NCBI GenBank assembly: GCA_041694335.1
Contig: JASMTJ010000093.1
Span: forward strand, 84-64,083
Length of the DNA: 64,000 bases
Origin: Bacteroidales bacterium
Lineage (GTDB): Bacteria; Bacteroidota; Bacteroidia; Bacteroidales; JAIPAH01
Direction: 5' to 3'
Numbering within the stretch: position 1 is the stretch's first letter; the number at the start of each line of letters is the position of its first letter. Shown here in pieces: positions 1-10,005 of this stretch. The position numbers were made by a program, and so were the translations under genes. The notes below the pieces were generated by a model, which searched no databases, was not told where the DNA came from, and worked only from the letters and a program-made list of their open reading frames with translations.

Positions 1-2
1 GA

Positions 3-818
3 GGTGTCAGCGACTTTTTCATCGGTGCCGGATTAAAAATTTCGGAACGCTTATCTGTAGGTGCTAATGCCTCCTATGTATGGGGAGACATAGACCTGCA
101 AAAGTTCACCACCTTTCCCGATTCCATTTATTACTGGTCGGCAAAAGTTTCGAACAGAAGACAAATCAGCGATATAAGGATTTCTTACGGGCTGCAGTAT
201 ATCCAGCCTTTAAACGAAAACTGGCGGGCCATCTTCGGGGCAACCTACAGCAATGCCACCGACCTGAGCGCTACAGAGCAAATGATTTCCACACAAGTCT
301 TGCGTTCAGGTACAGGAATTGAATCGGTCAATGATACAATCATCAACGATCCCGATAATAAAGGCCAGTTTAGCATGCCTTCCTCCTTCGGAACAGGCAT
401 CATGTTCGAAAAAAATAATAACCTTCGTTTTGGTATCGATTATCGCTGGGACCAGTGGGAAGATTTCAGGGCTTTCGGCGCATCCGACTCTCTGAGAAAC
501 AGCAACTACCTGGCTGTGGGAGCAGAAATCCTCCCAAACCACAATGTGCTATCAAGCTATCTTAAAAAAATTAAATATCGCTTTGGTTTTCACTATGCAA
601 ACACCAACCTGCAGCTCAACAATACCCAGTTATCTGAAATTGGCATAGCATTTGGTTTAGGGTTACCAATAAAAAGTTCCGGTTCTTCCATAAACATTGG
701 AGCAGAAATAGGAAGAAGAGGAACCACAGACAATGATCTGATAAAAGAAAATTATGTTAAATTTACACTGGGAATTTCGATTTTTGAGCGATGGTTCATT
801 AAGCGAAAATATCAGTAA
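3..818 (+). CDS. Outer-membrane beta-barrel-like protein, C-terminal part (5' end outside window)
   Basis: Frame 3 is open from base 3 (GVSDFFIGAGLKISERLSVGANASYVWGD...) and runs into the listed 282..818 ORF. The G/Y/N/F-rich alternating pattern is typical of OM barrels. Family not recognised. Confidence 0.5.
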   Translation, partial: GVSDFFIGAGLKISERLSVGANASYVWGDIDLQKFTTFPDSIYYWSAKVSNRRQISDIRISYGLQYIQPLNENWRAIFGATYSNATDLSATEQMISTQVLRSGTGIESVNDTIINDPDNKGQFSMPSSFGTGIMFEKNNNLRFGIDYRWDQWEDFRAFGASDSLRNSNYLAVGAEILPNHNVLSSYLKKIKYRFGFHYANTNLQLNNTQLSEIGIAFGLGLPIKSSGSSINIGAEIGRRGTTDNDLIKENYVKFTLGISIFERWFIKRKYQ

Positions 819-832
819 CCAAAAATAGAATT

Positions 833-2212
833 ATGAAAAAGAGCATTTTATTCATCGGACTGGCAGTTTTTCTGGGTGTGCTTTTCTCGGCACAAGCGCA
901 GGCTCAGGATACGCAACAAATTCCAAAGTATGGAAAAGACAGCATCAAAACTCTTACTAAACTGTCTCTTTACCAGGAGTTTTATAATCAATGGGAAAAA
1001 GAAGGCTATAACAACAGTAGCATCAACGACGCCCTGAAATCATGGCGTTGGGTTTTTACTAATGCGCCCCGCGCAACAGAAAACCTATACATCCACGGAA
1101 CGAAAATGTATCGTTATCAAATCCGTAAAGCCGATGATAAAGAACGTAAAGCCGAGTTAGTTGATACCCTGATGCAGATCTATGACCAGCGTCTTACCTA
1201 TTTCCCCACAGGAAGGAACGGACGTAGCCAGGAAGGTAAAATATTGGGATATAAAGGCGTTGACCTTTACCAGTTTATGCCTGAAAAAGTAGATGAGGTA
1301 TATGATATTCTTGACAAATCGGTGGAGCTGAGAGGAGCAAACTCTCAGAGTGCAGTACTTGTATACTATTTTAGAACGGCTATCCAGAAATATAAAAACG
1401 GAACGGCTGAAAAATCAATTATCGTTGAAACTTACGATAAGATTTCGACTATAATAGATGAGAACCTTAAAAAGTATGCTGACAAGCAACGCTATCTGGC
1501 CATGTGGGAAAACGTACAGGCGAATATCGAAAACTCTTTCGAGCCTTATGCTACCTGCGAAGACCTGACCGGTATTTACAGCCAGAAGTTTGCAGATAAC
1601 CCGGAAGACACCGACCTGCTGGAAAAAATCACCAGCCTGCTCGACAAGAAAGATTGTGCAGACACCGAGCTGTTCTTCGAAGCCACAAAGAAACTTCACG
1701 AACTGGAGCCTACTGCCGAATCTGCCAAGAAAATGGGACGCATGCTTCTTGAAGAGGAAAATTATGATGAAGCCATCAAGTATCTGAAACAATCTTCAGA
1801 GTTGTTTGAAGACGAAGTAGCCAAAGCTGAAGACTACAAGATGCTCTCAAATATTTATTCCATCAAGAAAGAATTCCAAACTGCCCGCAATTATGCCTAT
1901 AAGGCACTTGAGTACATCCCAAAAGACGGTTCGCTCTACATTATGATTGGCGACATGTATGCCTCCACAGCCAAGCAGTGCGGCAGCAACGACCTGACTT
2001 CGAAGGTAGCTTATTGGGCTGCGGTTGACAAGTATCAGAAAGCCAAGCAAATTGATCCTACGGTGGCCGATGAAGCCAACCAGCGCATCAATACTTACAA
2101 GCAGTATTTCCCGCGTAAAGAAACCATCTTCTTCCACGACCTGAACGAAGGCGATTCGTACGAAGTGGAATGCTGGATAAATGAAACAACTACTGTAAGA
2201 GCCTCAAATTAA
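833..2212 (+). CDS. Secreted tetratricopeptide-repeat (TPR) protein
   Basis: ATG at 833. Signal peptide MKKSILFIGLAVFLGVLFSAQAQA. The C-terminal half has TPR-like helical repeats (EENYDEAIKYLKQS, AEDYKMLSNIYS, FQTARNYAYKALEY). Confidence 0.65.
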   Translation: MKKSILFIGLAVFLGVLFSAQAQAQDTQQIPKYGKDSIKTLTKLSLYQEFYNQWEKEGYNNSSINDALKSWRWVFTNAPRATENLYIHGTKMYRYQIRKADDKERKAELVDTLMQIYDQRLTYFPTGRNGRSQEGKILGYKGVDLYQFMPEKVDEVYDILDKSVELRGANSQSAVLVYYFRTAIQKYKNGTAEKSIIVETYDKISTIIDENLKKYADKQRYLAMWENVQANIENSFEPYATCEDLTGIYSQKFADNPEDTDLLEKITSLLDKKDCADTELFFEATKKLHELEPTAESAKKMGRMLLEEENYDEAIKYLKQSSELFEDEVAKAEDYKMLSNIYSIKKEFQTARNYAYKALEYIPKDGSLYIMIGDMYASTAKQCGSNDLTSKVAYWAAVDKYQKAKQIDPTVADEANQRINTYKQYFPRKETIFFHDLNEGDSYEVECWINETTTVRASN

Positions 2213-2234
2213 AAGAGGACACCAAAGTATAAAG

Positions 2235-2263
2235 CCCGCCTGTGTGCACAGGTGGGTTTTTTT
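2235..2263 (+). terminator. Intrinsic terminator after the TPR gene
   Basis: CCCGCCTG / CAGGTGGG stem (one G-U) with a 6-nt loop, followed by TTTTTTT, 20 nt after the stop codon. Confidence 0.75.
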
Positions 2264-2264
2264 A

Positions 2265-2900
2265 ATGATGAAGTTTTTACTGATGAAACACCTTAAAGGA
2301 ATACCCATCCGCAGATTGTCTCAGCCAGAGTGTTGGAGCAGCCTGTTTTTTGCTTTCCTTTTCGGGATGCTGGTGTTTAGCTCGGTATCGTGCAGCAACG
2401 ATCCGGAGGAGGTGAGAAAGATGACCCAGCGCGACACCATGCCCGAGCAGCAGGCCTCGGATGTAGTCATGTATTACAGCGAATATGGCGACGTGATTTT
2501 TGAGCTTCACAGCCCGAAAGTTGAAACCTATAAAGGAGAAGAAAACCCACGGACAGTCTTCCCGGAAGGTTTTGAGGTGGTCTTTTATGACTCTACAGGA
2601 AAAACCGTTGAGTCGCGCCTGACGGCCAATTACGGCATCAAAATGGAAAAAGAACTGAAAATGATTGCCCGTGGCGATGTGGTGGTTAATAACTACAAGA
2701 AAAAAGAACGACTTAATACCGAAGAGCTCATCTGGGATCAGCGGCACGATAAAATTTACACCGATAAGTTTGTTACCATCACCACCGAAAACCAGGTGCT
2801 GTATGGCGAAGGTGGCATGGAATCGGATGAATCGTTTAACTCATGGACCATCAAAAACCTGAAAGGAAAAATGGAGGTGGATGAAGAAGAGTTGGATTAA
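2265..2900 (+). CDS. lptC: LPS export periplasmic protein LptC-like
   Basis: The listed ORF starts at 2244 inside the terminator hairpin, so the first ATG after it (2265) is used. N-terminal membrane anchor or lipobox (FSSVSC), then an LptC-like beta-rich body (LTANYGIKMEKELKMIARGDVVV...LIWDQRHDKIYTDKFVTITTENQVLYGEGGMESDESF). Confidence 0.6.
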   Translation: MMKFLLMKHLKGIPIRRLSQPECWSSLFFAFLFGMLVFSSVSCSNDPEEVRKMTQRDTMPEQQASDVVMYYSEYGDVIFELHSPKVETYKGEENPRTVFPEGFEVVFYDSTGKTVESRLTANYGIKMEKELKMIARGDVVVNNYKKKERLNTEELIWDQRHDKIYTDKFVTITTENQVLYGEGGMESDESFNSWTIKNLKGKMEVDEEELD

Positions 2901-2948
2901 AGTGGAATTAAATTGTAATTTTATACCGCTAACGAGCATCACTGGTTT

Positions 2949-4223
2949 ATGATAAATATTTGGACAGTTATCGCATTATCGATGCTTCTCTCAGCTTTTT
3001 TCTCAGGAATGGAAATTGCCTTCGTGAGTTCGAACAAGCTGAAACTCGAGCTCGACCGCAAGAAAGGAATGCTCTCCGCCCGTCTTCTTTCGCGCTTTGC
3101 TGAAATACCCACACGATTTATAGGCGCTTTGCTGTTGGGCAACAATATTGCATTGGTGGTTTACGGTATGAGCATGACACAGGTGCTCGATCCTTTTTTC
3201 ATCAGCATCCTGCCCGAAGCCATCATCAGCAAATCGGTTATCCTGCTTGGCGAAACCATCATTTCTACACTCATTATTCTTTTCTTCTCTGAGTTTATCC
3301 CTAAAGCGGTGTTTAGCCTGCACTCGAACGGGCTACTGCGGTTTTTTTCTGTTCCCGTAACCATTTTCTACTACCTTTTTTACCCGATAATCTTTATCTA
3401 CCTTACCCTCTCTGAATTTATCATCAAGAATCTTTTCAGGATAAAAATCGGGGATCGAAAAACGGATTTTAGCTATATCGACCTTGATCATTACCTGAAA
3501 GAGTTTGCTCCCGAAAACAAAGAAGAAAGCGATATCCAGCATGAGCTGAAGATGTTTCAGAATGTGATTGATTTTAAATCTATAAAAATCAGGGAATGCA
3601 TGGTGCCACGCACCGAAGTGATAGCCGTGAGCGAAGATGACCCGGTGTCGGTACTCCGGGATGCTTTTGTGAACCATGGCCTGTCGAGGGTGATGATCTA
3701 TTCTGAAACCATGGATAACCTGATAGGCTACTGCCATTCCTCTGATTTGTTTAAGAAGCCCGAAACAATTAAGCAGGCGGTCAGGAAAGTGTCTTATGTT
3801 CCGGAAACCATGCACGCCAACGATGTGTTATCGGTCTTCATCGAGAAGAACCAGAATATTGCAGTGGTGGTGGATGAGTTTGGCGGCACCGCCGGGCTTA
3901 TTACGATGGAAGATATCATCGAAGAAATATTTGGAGAAATTGAAGATGAGTATGACGATGAGCAGATGATTGAAAAAAAGATGAATGATGATGAGTACAT
4001 CTTTTCGAGCCGCCTGGAGATTGACTACCTCAACGAAAAATATGACCTTGAGTTTCCTGTATCAGAAGATTATGAAACCCTTTCGGGATTGCTTATCCAT
4101 TACCAGGAAAGTATTCCGAAGACCGGGCAGCGCATTGAAGTGGGCCGCTACACCTTCATCATTTTAAATGCCACCCGCAAACGCGTAGAAAAAGTGCGCC
4201 TGATTATTAATGAAGGACGCTAG
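2949..4223 (+). CDS. Hemolysin/CNNM-family membrane protein (DUF21 TM domain + CBS pair + CorC_HlyC)
   Basis: Four N-terminal TM helices, a CBS-pair region (IRECMVPRTEVIAV...VVVDEFGGTAGLITMEDIIEEIFGEIEDEYD) and a C-terminal CorC/HlyC-like domain. Confidence 0.8.
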   Translation: MINIWTVIALSMLLSAFFSGMEIAFVSSNKLKLELDRKKGMLSARLLSRFAEIPTRFIGALLLGNNIALVVYGMSMTQVLDPFFISILPEAIISKSVILLGETIISTLIILFFSEFIPKAVFSLHSNGLLRFFSVPVTIFYYLFYPIIFIYLTLSEFIIKNLFRIKIGDRKTDFSYIDLDHYLKEFAPENKEESDIQHELKMFQNVIDFKSIKIRECMVPRTEVIAVSEDDPVSVLRDAFVNHGLSRVMIYSETMDNLIGYCHSSDLFKKPETIKQAVRKVSYVPETMHANDVLSVFIEKNQNIAVVVDEFGGTAGLITMEDIIEEIFGEIEDEYDDEQMIEKKMNDDEYIFSSRLEIDYLNEKYDLEFPVSEDYETLSGLLIHYQESIPKTGQRIEVGRYTFIILNATRKRVEKVRLIINEGR

Positions 4224-4380
4224 TTCGTTTCTGCCTATAGATGTTCTCTTATTCAGAAAAGCATCGAATAACAAAATACAAACGCTATTTTTTGCGACTC
4301 CATCCCTGTAAAAAATTACACCTCAATTCATACTAGCGAAACAGGAGTAAAAAAAATTTTTTATACTTCGTATTCTGTTG

Positions 4381-4388
4381 TAGATTTG
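4381..4388 (+). promoter_or_regulatory. Bacteroidota-type -7 promoter box (TAnnTTTG)
   Basis: TAGATTTG lies 34 nt upstream of the ATG at 4422 in an AT-rich 200-nt gap. Confidence 0.45.
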
Positions 4389-4421
4389 CACCCTTGATTA
4401 CGAAAAAACACTAGATAGAAA

Positions 4422-6539
4422 ATGGCAGCAATAGGAAGAATAAGAAAAAATTCCGGATTACTTATCGCGATTATCGGTATTGCATTGGCAGCATTTGTAT
4501 TGGGCGACCTGTTTAAATCGGGTGGCGGCGGACGCCAGAATATTCCGGTAGCCGTTGTGAATGGGGAAGAAATCACTTACCCGGATTTCAACCGCCAGGC
4601 AGAGCAGAACCTCGAGAACCAACGCCAGCGCAGCCGTACGGGCGACCTATCCGACCGTCAGCGCTTTACTGTTCGCCAGCAGACCTACGAGCAGATGGTG
4701 CGCGAAATTTTGATGGAAGAAAAATACGACGAGCTGGGCATCCAGGTAACTACTGAAGAACTTTTTGAGCTCGTACAGGGCAAGAATCCCCACCAGGTGA
4801 TTCTGAATAATTTTACCGACCCAAACACCAACCGCTTCGACCCGGCGATGGTGCGCCAGTTTTTGGCTAACCTCGACCAGATGGAGCAGGCACAACGCCA
4901 GCAGTGGTTTGCCCTTGAGCAGTATATCCGCGACGACAGAAAATTCCAGAAATTCCAAAACCTTATCACCAAAGCCTATTACGTTCCTGATTCTTTGGCT
5001 AAACTTAACTACCAGGAAACCGGTATGACCGCCAACGTAGATTACTTTGGTATCAAGTATCAGACCGTTGCCGATGATGAGGTTGAAATTACGGATGCTG
5101 ACTACCAAAAATATTACGAGGAAAACAAATACCGTTTCAAAAACGAGAACGAGCAGCGCAATGTTGACTACGTGGTTTTTGATGTAACCGCTTCTGAAGA
5201 AGATGTGGCTGCCATTGAAGAGCAGGTAAATGAGCTGGACGAAGAGCTCAAAACAATTGCTTTGGATGAAGTTCCCCGTTTTGTGAACAGCGTTTCGGAT
5301 CAGCCTTACGACAGTTCATGGAAGAGCCGCGGCGACCTCCCGGCAAGGATAGAAAGCAACATGTTTAACGGCGAGCCCGGCGAAAAAGTGGGCCCTTACG
5401 TTGAAAACGAAAAATATCACATTGCTAAGCTTATCGAAACAACGATGCGTCCTGACTCGATGAAAGCAAGTCACATTCTGATTGCATACCAGGGAGCCAG
5501 CAGAGCGCAGGATGTGGTAAGAAGCCGCCCTGAAGCGCAGTCGTTCTCCGACAGCCTTTTCAATGTTTTGAAAAACAACCCGAACCGTTTTGAAGCGTTA
5601 GCTAAGGAATATTCTGACGGCCCTACAGGTGCCAAAGGTGGCGACCTCGGATGGTTTGCCGACGGAACGATGGCGTACAACTTCAACGAAGCTGTTTTAA
5701 ACAACGATAAAGGGGATGTGGTGACTGCCGAAACCGCTTTCGGATATCACATCATTAAAGTAACCGGCAAAAAAGATCCTGTAAAGAAAGTGAGGGTAGC
5801 ACAGATTGTAAGGGAGATTGCACCCAGCAGCCAGACGTACCAGGATGTGTACATGCAAGCCAGCTCGTTTGCCGGCGAGAATAAAACCATCGAACAGTTT
5901 GAGGCAGCTATTGAAGAACAGGGCCTGAACAAGCGCAGCACCGGATTTTTCGACAAGAACAAGTATGCCATTCCGGGCATCACACAGCCACGCCAGATTG
6001 TGAGATGGGCTTTTGATGAAGAAACTGAAATGGGACAGGTGTCTACGGTATTTGAAGATGAAGAGAAGTTTATTGTGGCTGCTCTGGCCGATAGCCGTCC
6101 GGCGGGTTACATCCCTGTAGAAGATGCCAAAGAGCAGATTGAGCCGCTGGTGAGAAGAGAAAAGAAAGCCGAAGTGATTATGGCGAAGATTGAAGATAAA
6201 GCCGGTGACCTGAACGCAAAAGCAATGGGACTGGGTGCTGAAATCAAGCATTACGACAACCTGCGCTTCAACGGAAGGAACCTGAAAGGGTTTGGTCCGG
6301 AAAGCAAGGTGATTGCCCGCGTTTTTAACCTGGATGCAGGGGAAACGTCTGAGCCAATGAAGGGTGATATGGCCGTATATGTTTTCAGAATGAACAGCCT
6401 TGAGCAGCCTCCGGCTATCACCAACTATAAAGGAACAAAAGAATCGATGCAGCGTACGTTTGAAAGAAACGCAGCGATGATTTACCCGGCCATTAAAGAA
6501 CAGGCCGATATTGAAGATAACACAATAATGGTTTATTAA
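4422..6539 (+). CDS. Periplasmic peptidyl-prolyl isomerase, PpiD/SurA-like (parvulin domain)
   Basis: 705 aa. N-terminal TM anchor (LLIAIIGIALAAFVLG). Parvulin motif region ASHILIAYQGA...GGDLGWFADGTMAYNFNEAV...FGYHIIKV. Confidence 0.85.
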   Translation: MAAIGRIRKNSGLLIAIIGIALAAFVLGDLFKSGGGGRQNIPVAVVNGEEITYPDFNRQAEQNLENQRQRSRTGDLSDRQRFTVRQQTYEQMVREILMEEKYDELGIQVTTEELFELVQGKNPHQVILNNFTDPNTNRFDPAMVRQFLANLDQMEQAQRQQWFALEQYIRDDRKFQKFQNLITKAYYVPDSLAKLNYQETGMTANVDYFGIKYQTVADDEVEITDADYQKYYEENKYRFKNENEQRNVDYVVFDVTASEEDVAAIEEQVNELDEELKTIALDEVPRFVNSVSDQPYDSSWKSRGDLPARIESNMFNGEPGEKVGPYVENEKYHIAKLIETTMRPDSMKASHILIAYQGASRAQDVVRSRPEAQSFSDSLFNVLKNNPNRFEALAKEYSDGPTGAKGGDLGWFADGTMAYNFNEAVLNNDKGDVVTAETAFGYHIIKVTGKKDPVKKVRVAQIVREIAPSSQTYQDVYMQASSFAGENKTIEQFEAAIEEQGLNKRSTGFFDKNKYAIPGITQPRQIVRWAFDEETEMGQVSTVFEDEEKFIVAALADSRPAGYIPVEDAKEQIEPLVRREKKAEVIMAKIEDKAGDLNAKAMGLGAEIKHYDNLRFNGRNLKGFGPESKVIARVFNLDAGETSEPMKGDMAVYVFRMNSLEQPPAITNYKGTKESMQRTFERNAAMIYPAIKEQADIEDNTIMVY

Positions 6540-6567
6540 AACCATTGTTGAGGACTACTTTGGCCAA

Positions 6568-6598
6568 CAGCCTCCGGATTTCCGGGGGCTGTTTTTTT
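6568..6598 (+). terminator. Intrinsic terminator after the PPIase gene
   Basis: CAGCCTCCGGA-TT-TCCGGGGGCTG hairpin followed by TTTTTTT. Confidence 0.8.
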
Positions 6599-6740
6599 GT
6601 GGGGTGTAGTGGAATATAAGTTCTTATTCACCCACCTGAATGAGGGTGCTGGCTCAGAGCATTTTCTTACAGCCCCGGCAAGGGTGATAGGTTGGTAAAA
6701 ATGATATAGGTTTTTGTGGGTTTGGTCGCTTCATTTGTTT

Positions 6741-6766
6741 GTACTTTTGGCTTGACCCAAAAGTAC
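6741..6766 (-). terminator. Possible hairpin terminator downstream of rodA (no U-tract)
   Basis: GTACTTTTGG / CCAAAAGTAC 10-bp stem with a 6-nt loop, 35 nt past the rodA stop. It lacks a T-run on either side. Confidence 0.3.
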
Positions 6767-6800
6767 CAATCCCAAGGTGTCGGGGGAAAAGCTTTAAATA

Positions 6801-8063
6801 TCAGATAAACACTTTCTTGCGTTCTGCATCGAACTTGAGGAAGATGAAGAGGAGGATGGTGAATGACCATAGTGAGGAGCCCCCATAGCTAAAGAACGGC
6901 AGGGGGATTCCGATGACGGGCACGAGCCCGATGGTCATACCGATATTGATGGCGAAGTGGAAGAACATGACTGAGAGCACGCCGTAGCCATAAATCCGGC
7001 TGAAGTGGCTGCGCTGGCGTTCGGCCAGGTAAATCAGCCTGACAAACAGCATCACGTAAAGTATCACTACTACGGATGTTCCTATGAAACCCCACTCTTC
7101 ACCTACCGTGCAGAAGATAAAATCGGTGCTTTGTTCGGGAACGAAATTGAACTTGGTCTGTGTTCCTTCAAGAAATCCTTTTCCCATAAGCCCTCCCGAG
7201 CCTATGGCAATTTTCGATTGGTGCACGTTGTATCCGGCGCCGCGGTTATCGATTTCTTTTCCGAGCAGGACATTGATACGCGTTTGCTGGTGTGGCTCGA
7301 GGATGTTTTCGAAGGCATAATCGACCCCGAAGGAAAATCCGGCTGAAAGCAGAAAGAAAAAGACGACCACAGCAATAACTTTCTTCTGCTTCCTGATAAA
7401 GTAGATGGTCAGGAGCAAAATCCCGCCAAGGGCTCCAATGACCATCCATTTTCCGACCATGAGGGTAGAAAGGAAAATAATGCCCGCAGCCAGCGCAAAA
7501 ACCAAAATCCAGGATGGCGTACCCTCGCGGTAGAGCACGAGCGCAAAAACGCTAAAAACAAGCATGGAGCCGGTGTCGTTCTGCAAAAGGATGAGTATGG
7601 CCGGCAGACCAATAATGATCAGAGTCCTGAAAAGATATTTGAACTTGCTGACGTTGACGCCGGGCTGTGTGAGGTATTTAGCCAAAGCCAGGGCGGTAGC
7701 AAACTTGGCAAACTCGGCCGGCTGAATAGCGATGCCTCCAATCTGGAACCACGACTTAGAACCTGCAATTTCTTTACCGCCCACCAGCACGCCCACCAAC
7801 AGGGCGATAACGGCGATATAAATAAGAAAGGAAAAGTTCTCGTAAATTTTTGAGTCGATTAAAGTGATGAAAAAAGCCAACACCAATGCGGCGCTGATCC
7901 AGAGCATCTGCTTGCCGTAGCGCTGGCTGATATCGAAAATGCTCTGATGCGCCTCATCATAAACGGCAGAGTAGATGTTCACCCATCCAAAAAGCATGAT
8001 AATGATATACAAGGAGATGGTGAGCCAGTCGATATTCGAAAAAACGCTGTACCTGTTACCCAT
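6801..8063 (-). CDS. rodA: Rod shape-determining protein RodA (FtsW/RodA/SpoVE family)
   Basis: 420 aa polytopic membrane protein. SEDS-type motifs (DTGSMLVF, FVPEQSTDFIF, GIPLPFFSYGGSS). Overlaps the PBP2 gene by 8 nt. Confidence 0.85.
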   Translation of the reverse strand: MGNRYSVFSNIDWLTISLYIIIMLFGWVNIYSAVYDEAHQSIFDISQRYGKQMLWISAALVLAFFITLIDSKIYENFSFLIYIAVIALLVGVLVGGKEIAGSKSWFQIGGIAIQPAEFAKFATALALAKYLTQPGVNVSKFKYLFRTLIIIGLPAILILLQNDTGSMLVFSVFALVLYREGTPSWILVFALAAGIIFLSTLMVGKWMVIGALGGILLLTIYFIRKQKKVIAVVVFFFLLSAGFSFGVDYAFENILEPHQQTRINVLLGKEIDNRGAGYNVHQSKIAIGSGGLMGKGFLEGTQTKFNFVPEQSTDFIFCTVGEEWGFIGTSVVVILYVMLFVRLIYLAERQRSHFSRIYGYGVLSVMFFHFAINIGMTIGLVPVIGIPLPFFSYGGSSLWSFTILLFIFLKFDAERKKVFI

Positions 8064-9888
8064 CGCTGTCCTCCTCTTTATTAATTAAATCGCCTTCGAG
8101 CATTCTGTCTTCAACCCACTTGCGTGATATTTTCCCGTTAAGGTATTTCTCCATCATGAGCGTGGCGATAGGCACGGCCCATTTAGAACCATAGCCTGAA
8201 TTTTCAACCACCACAGCCAGCGCAATCTTCGGGTCATCTTTGGGCGCAAAGGCGATAAAGATGGAGTGGTCGTCGCCGTGCGGGTTTTGTACTGTTCCGG
8301 TTTTTCCGGCCATTTGCAGCGAGTCGAGGTCATACCATCGTGCGGTGCCGTGGTCGGCTCCATAAACGCGCCTCATGCCATCCACCACCGGCTCGAAATG
8401 CTCCGGACTAATGGTGGTTTGTATCTTTTCGGTGTAAGACTCCACGGCTTCCTGCTGTCCGGAAATGGAGTCGATAAGGTGCGGCGGATAGTAAAAGCCG
8501 CGATTGGCTACGATGGCGGTAAAGTTGGCCAGTTGTAGCGGTGTTACCAGGATTTCGCCCTGACCGATAGAGAGCGAACGGATGGTCATTGAGTTCCAGT
8601 GGCCGCGACGGTAGTAGTGGTCGTAATATTCAGCCTCCGGGATGCTTCCGGGACGCTCGTTAGAGAGGTCGGTGCCAAACTTTTTGTCGAAACCCATGCT
8701 TACAATGTGCTTGCGCCACTCGATAAACCCATCGGCACTGCTGGCAAATTTCGGACTTGAAACAATGTGGTCGAAGGTTTTCCAGAAATAAGGATTGCAT
8801 GACTGCTCGATAGCCTCAGGCAGGTTGAGTGGGGAATCGTGGTTGTGGCTGCACTTGATGGGCCACGACACCACGCCGTTGCAGCCGAAGTAGGTGTTTC
8901 TGCCTACCACGCCAGTTTCCAGCCCCACGAGTGCATTGACCGGTTTAAAAGTGGAGCCGGGAGGGTATTGCGCCATCAACGCCCGGTTGAACAAAGGTTT
9001 CAGGCTGTCGCGAGAGAGTTTTGTGTAATTTTTTCCACGCACCCGCCCCACCAAAAGACTGGGGTCATATCCCGGAGAGGAAACAAGTGCAAGAATCTCG
9101 CCGGTTGAAGGTTCGAGAGCCACAATGCTTCCCACCTTATTTTGCATCAACTTTTCTCCGTAACTCTGAAGGGTGAGATCAAGTGTTACGTAAATATCCT
9201 TACCCTTAATGGCAGCAGTGTCGTACCTGCCTTCCCTGTAGGAACCCTTTTCACGATTAAGCACATCCACCATCACCAGCTCCACGCCTTTTTTACCGCG
9301 AAGTTCCTTCTCGTAAATATTTTCAATGCCGTTGATTCCGATATAGTCGCCCTGTTGGTAGTAGGCATCCTGTTCAAGGTGCCTGGCATTGACCTCGCCC
9401 ACATATCCCAGCGAGTGGCCCGCCACCGGGTGCGGATAGTTGCGGAGCGAACGGGTCTGCACATAAAACCCCGGAAACTTGTAAAGCTTTTCTTCGAGGT
9501 AAGCATAGGTTTGCTTTGAAATCTGGGGTAAAAATACCGAGGGCTTAAACCATGAATAAGACTTGGCTTTCTTTATCCGTTTCATGACCAGCTCTTTTTC
9601 AATACCAAGAAGAGAAGCAAGCTGCAGGGTGTCAAACTCCTGAGTCCTTCGCGGGATAATCATCACATCATAGGCTGTTTCGTTATACACCATCAACTCT
9701 CCGTTTCGGTCGTAAATCAATCCGCGCGCCGGATACTTGGTGATTTTACGCAACACGTTACTTTCAGCTGAAAGCATATAGCTTTTATCGACCACCTGCA
9801 AATAAAACAATCGGACGATAAACGTTACTCCCAAAAGAATGATGATAGTGAAAATGAAATACTTTCTTCCTGAAAAATCTTTGCGCAT
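8056..9888 (-). CDS. mrdA: Penicillin-binding protein 2 (elongasome transpeptidase)
   Basis: 610 aa. N-terminal anchor, PBP dimerisation region, transpeptidase motifs STFK (PPGSTFKP) and KTGT (AGKTGTV). Coupled to rodA. Confidence 0.9.
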   Translation of the reverse strand: MRKDFSGRKYFIFTIIILLGVTFIVRLFYLQVVDKSYMLSAESNVLRKITKYPARGLIYDRNGELMVYNETAYDVMIIPRRTQEFDTLQLASLLGIEKELVMKRIKKAKSYSWFKPSVFLPQISKQTYAYLEEKLYKFPGFYVQTRSLRNYPHPVAGHSLGYVGEVNARHLEQDAYYQQGDYIGINGIENIYEKELRGKKGVELVMVDVLNREKGSYREGRYDTAAIKGKDIYVTLDLTLQSYGEKLMQNKVGSIVALEPSTGEILALVSSPGYDPSLLVGRVRGKNYTKLSRDSLKPLFNRALMAQYPPGSTFKPVNALVGLETGVVGRNTYFGCNGVVSWPIKCSHNHDSPLNLPEAIEQSCNPYFWKTFDHIVSSPKFASSADGFIEWRKHIVSMGFDKKFGTDLSNERPGSIPEAEYYDHYYRRGHWNSMTIRSLSIGQGEILVTPLQLANFTAIVANRGFYYPPHLIDSISGQQEAVESYTEKIQTTISPEHFEPVVDGMRRVYGADHGTARWYDLDSLQMAGKTGTVQNPHGDDHSIFIAFAPKDDPKIALAVVVENSGYGSKWAVPIATLMMEKYLNGKISRKWVEDRMLEGDLINKEEDSDG

Positions 9889-9909
9889 TGCCTCCCTCTC
9901 TTTACACTA

Positions 9910-9917
9910 CAAAGTTA
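9910..9917 (-). promoter_or_regulatory. Bacteroidota-type -7 box for mrdA-rodA
   Basis: CAAAGTTA on the + strand equals TAACTTTG on the - strand, 22-29 nt upstream of the mrdA start. Confidence 0.4.
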
Positions 9918-10005
9918 AGCATTTTGCAATCTTCCCTTTATTTTTAACACATAAAAAACCCCCTGAGAAACTGTTCGCAGAGGGTTAATACTTTTTGTAA
10001 ATTTA

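Noticed and set aside
80-322. 80-aa plus-strand ORF at the window start.
   Set aside because: It is out of frame with, and fully overlapped by, the frame-3 reading frame that is open from base 3 to 818. Its composition is basic and low-complexity.
5697-6545. 282-aa minus-strand ORF antisense to the PPIase gene.
   Set aside because: It lies entirely within a well-supported coding gene on the other strand and has a low-complexity, motif-free translation. This is a typical shadow ORF.
6667-6870. 67-aa minus-strand ORF overlapping the rodA 3' end.
   Set aside because: It overlaps the rodA stop region in another frame and otherwise lies in the terminator and hairpin spacer. There is no support for it.
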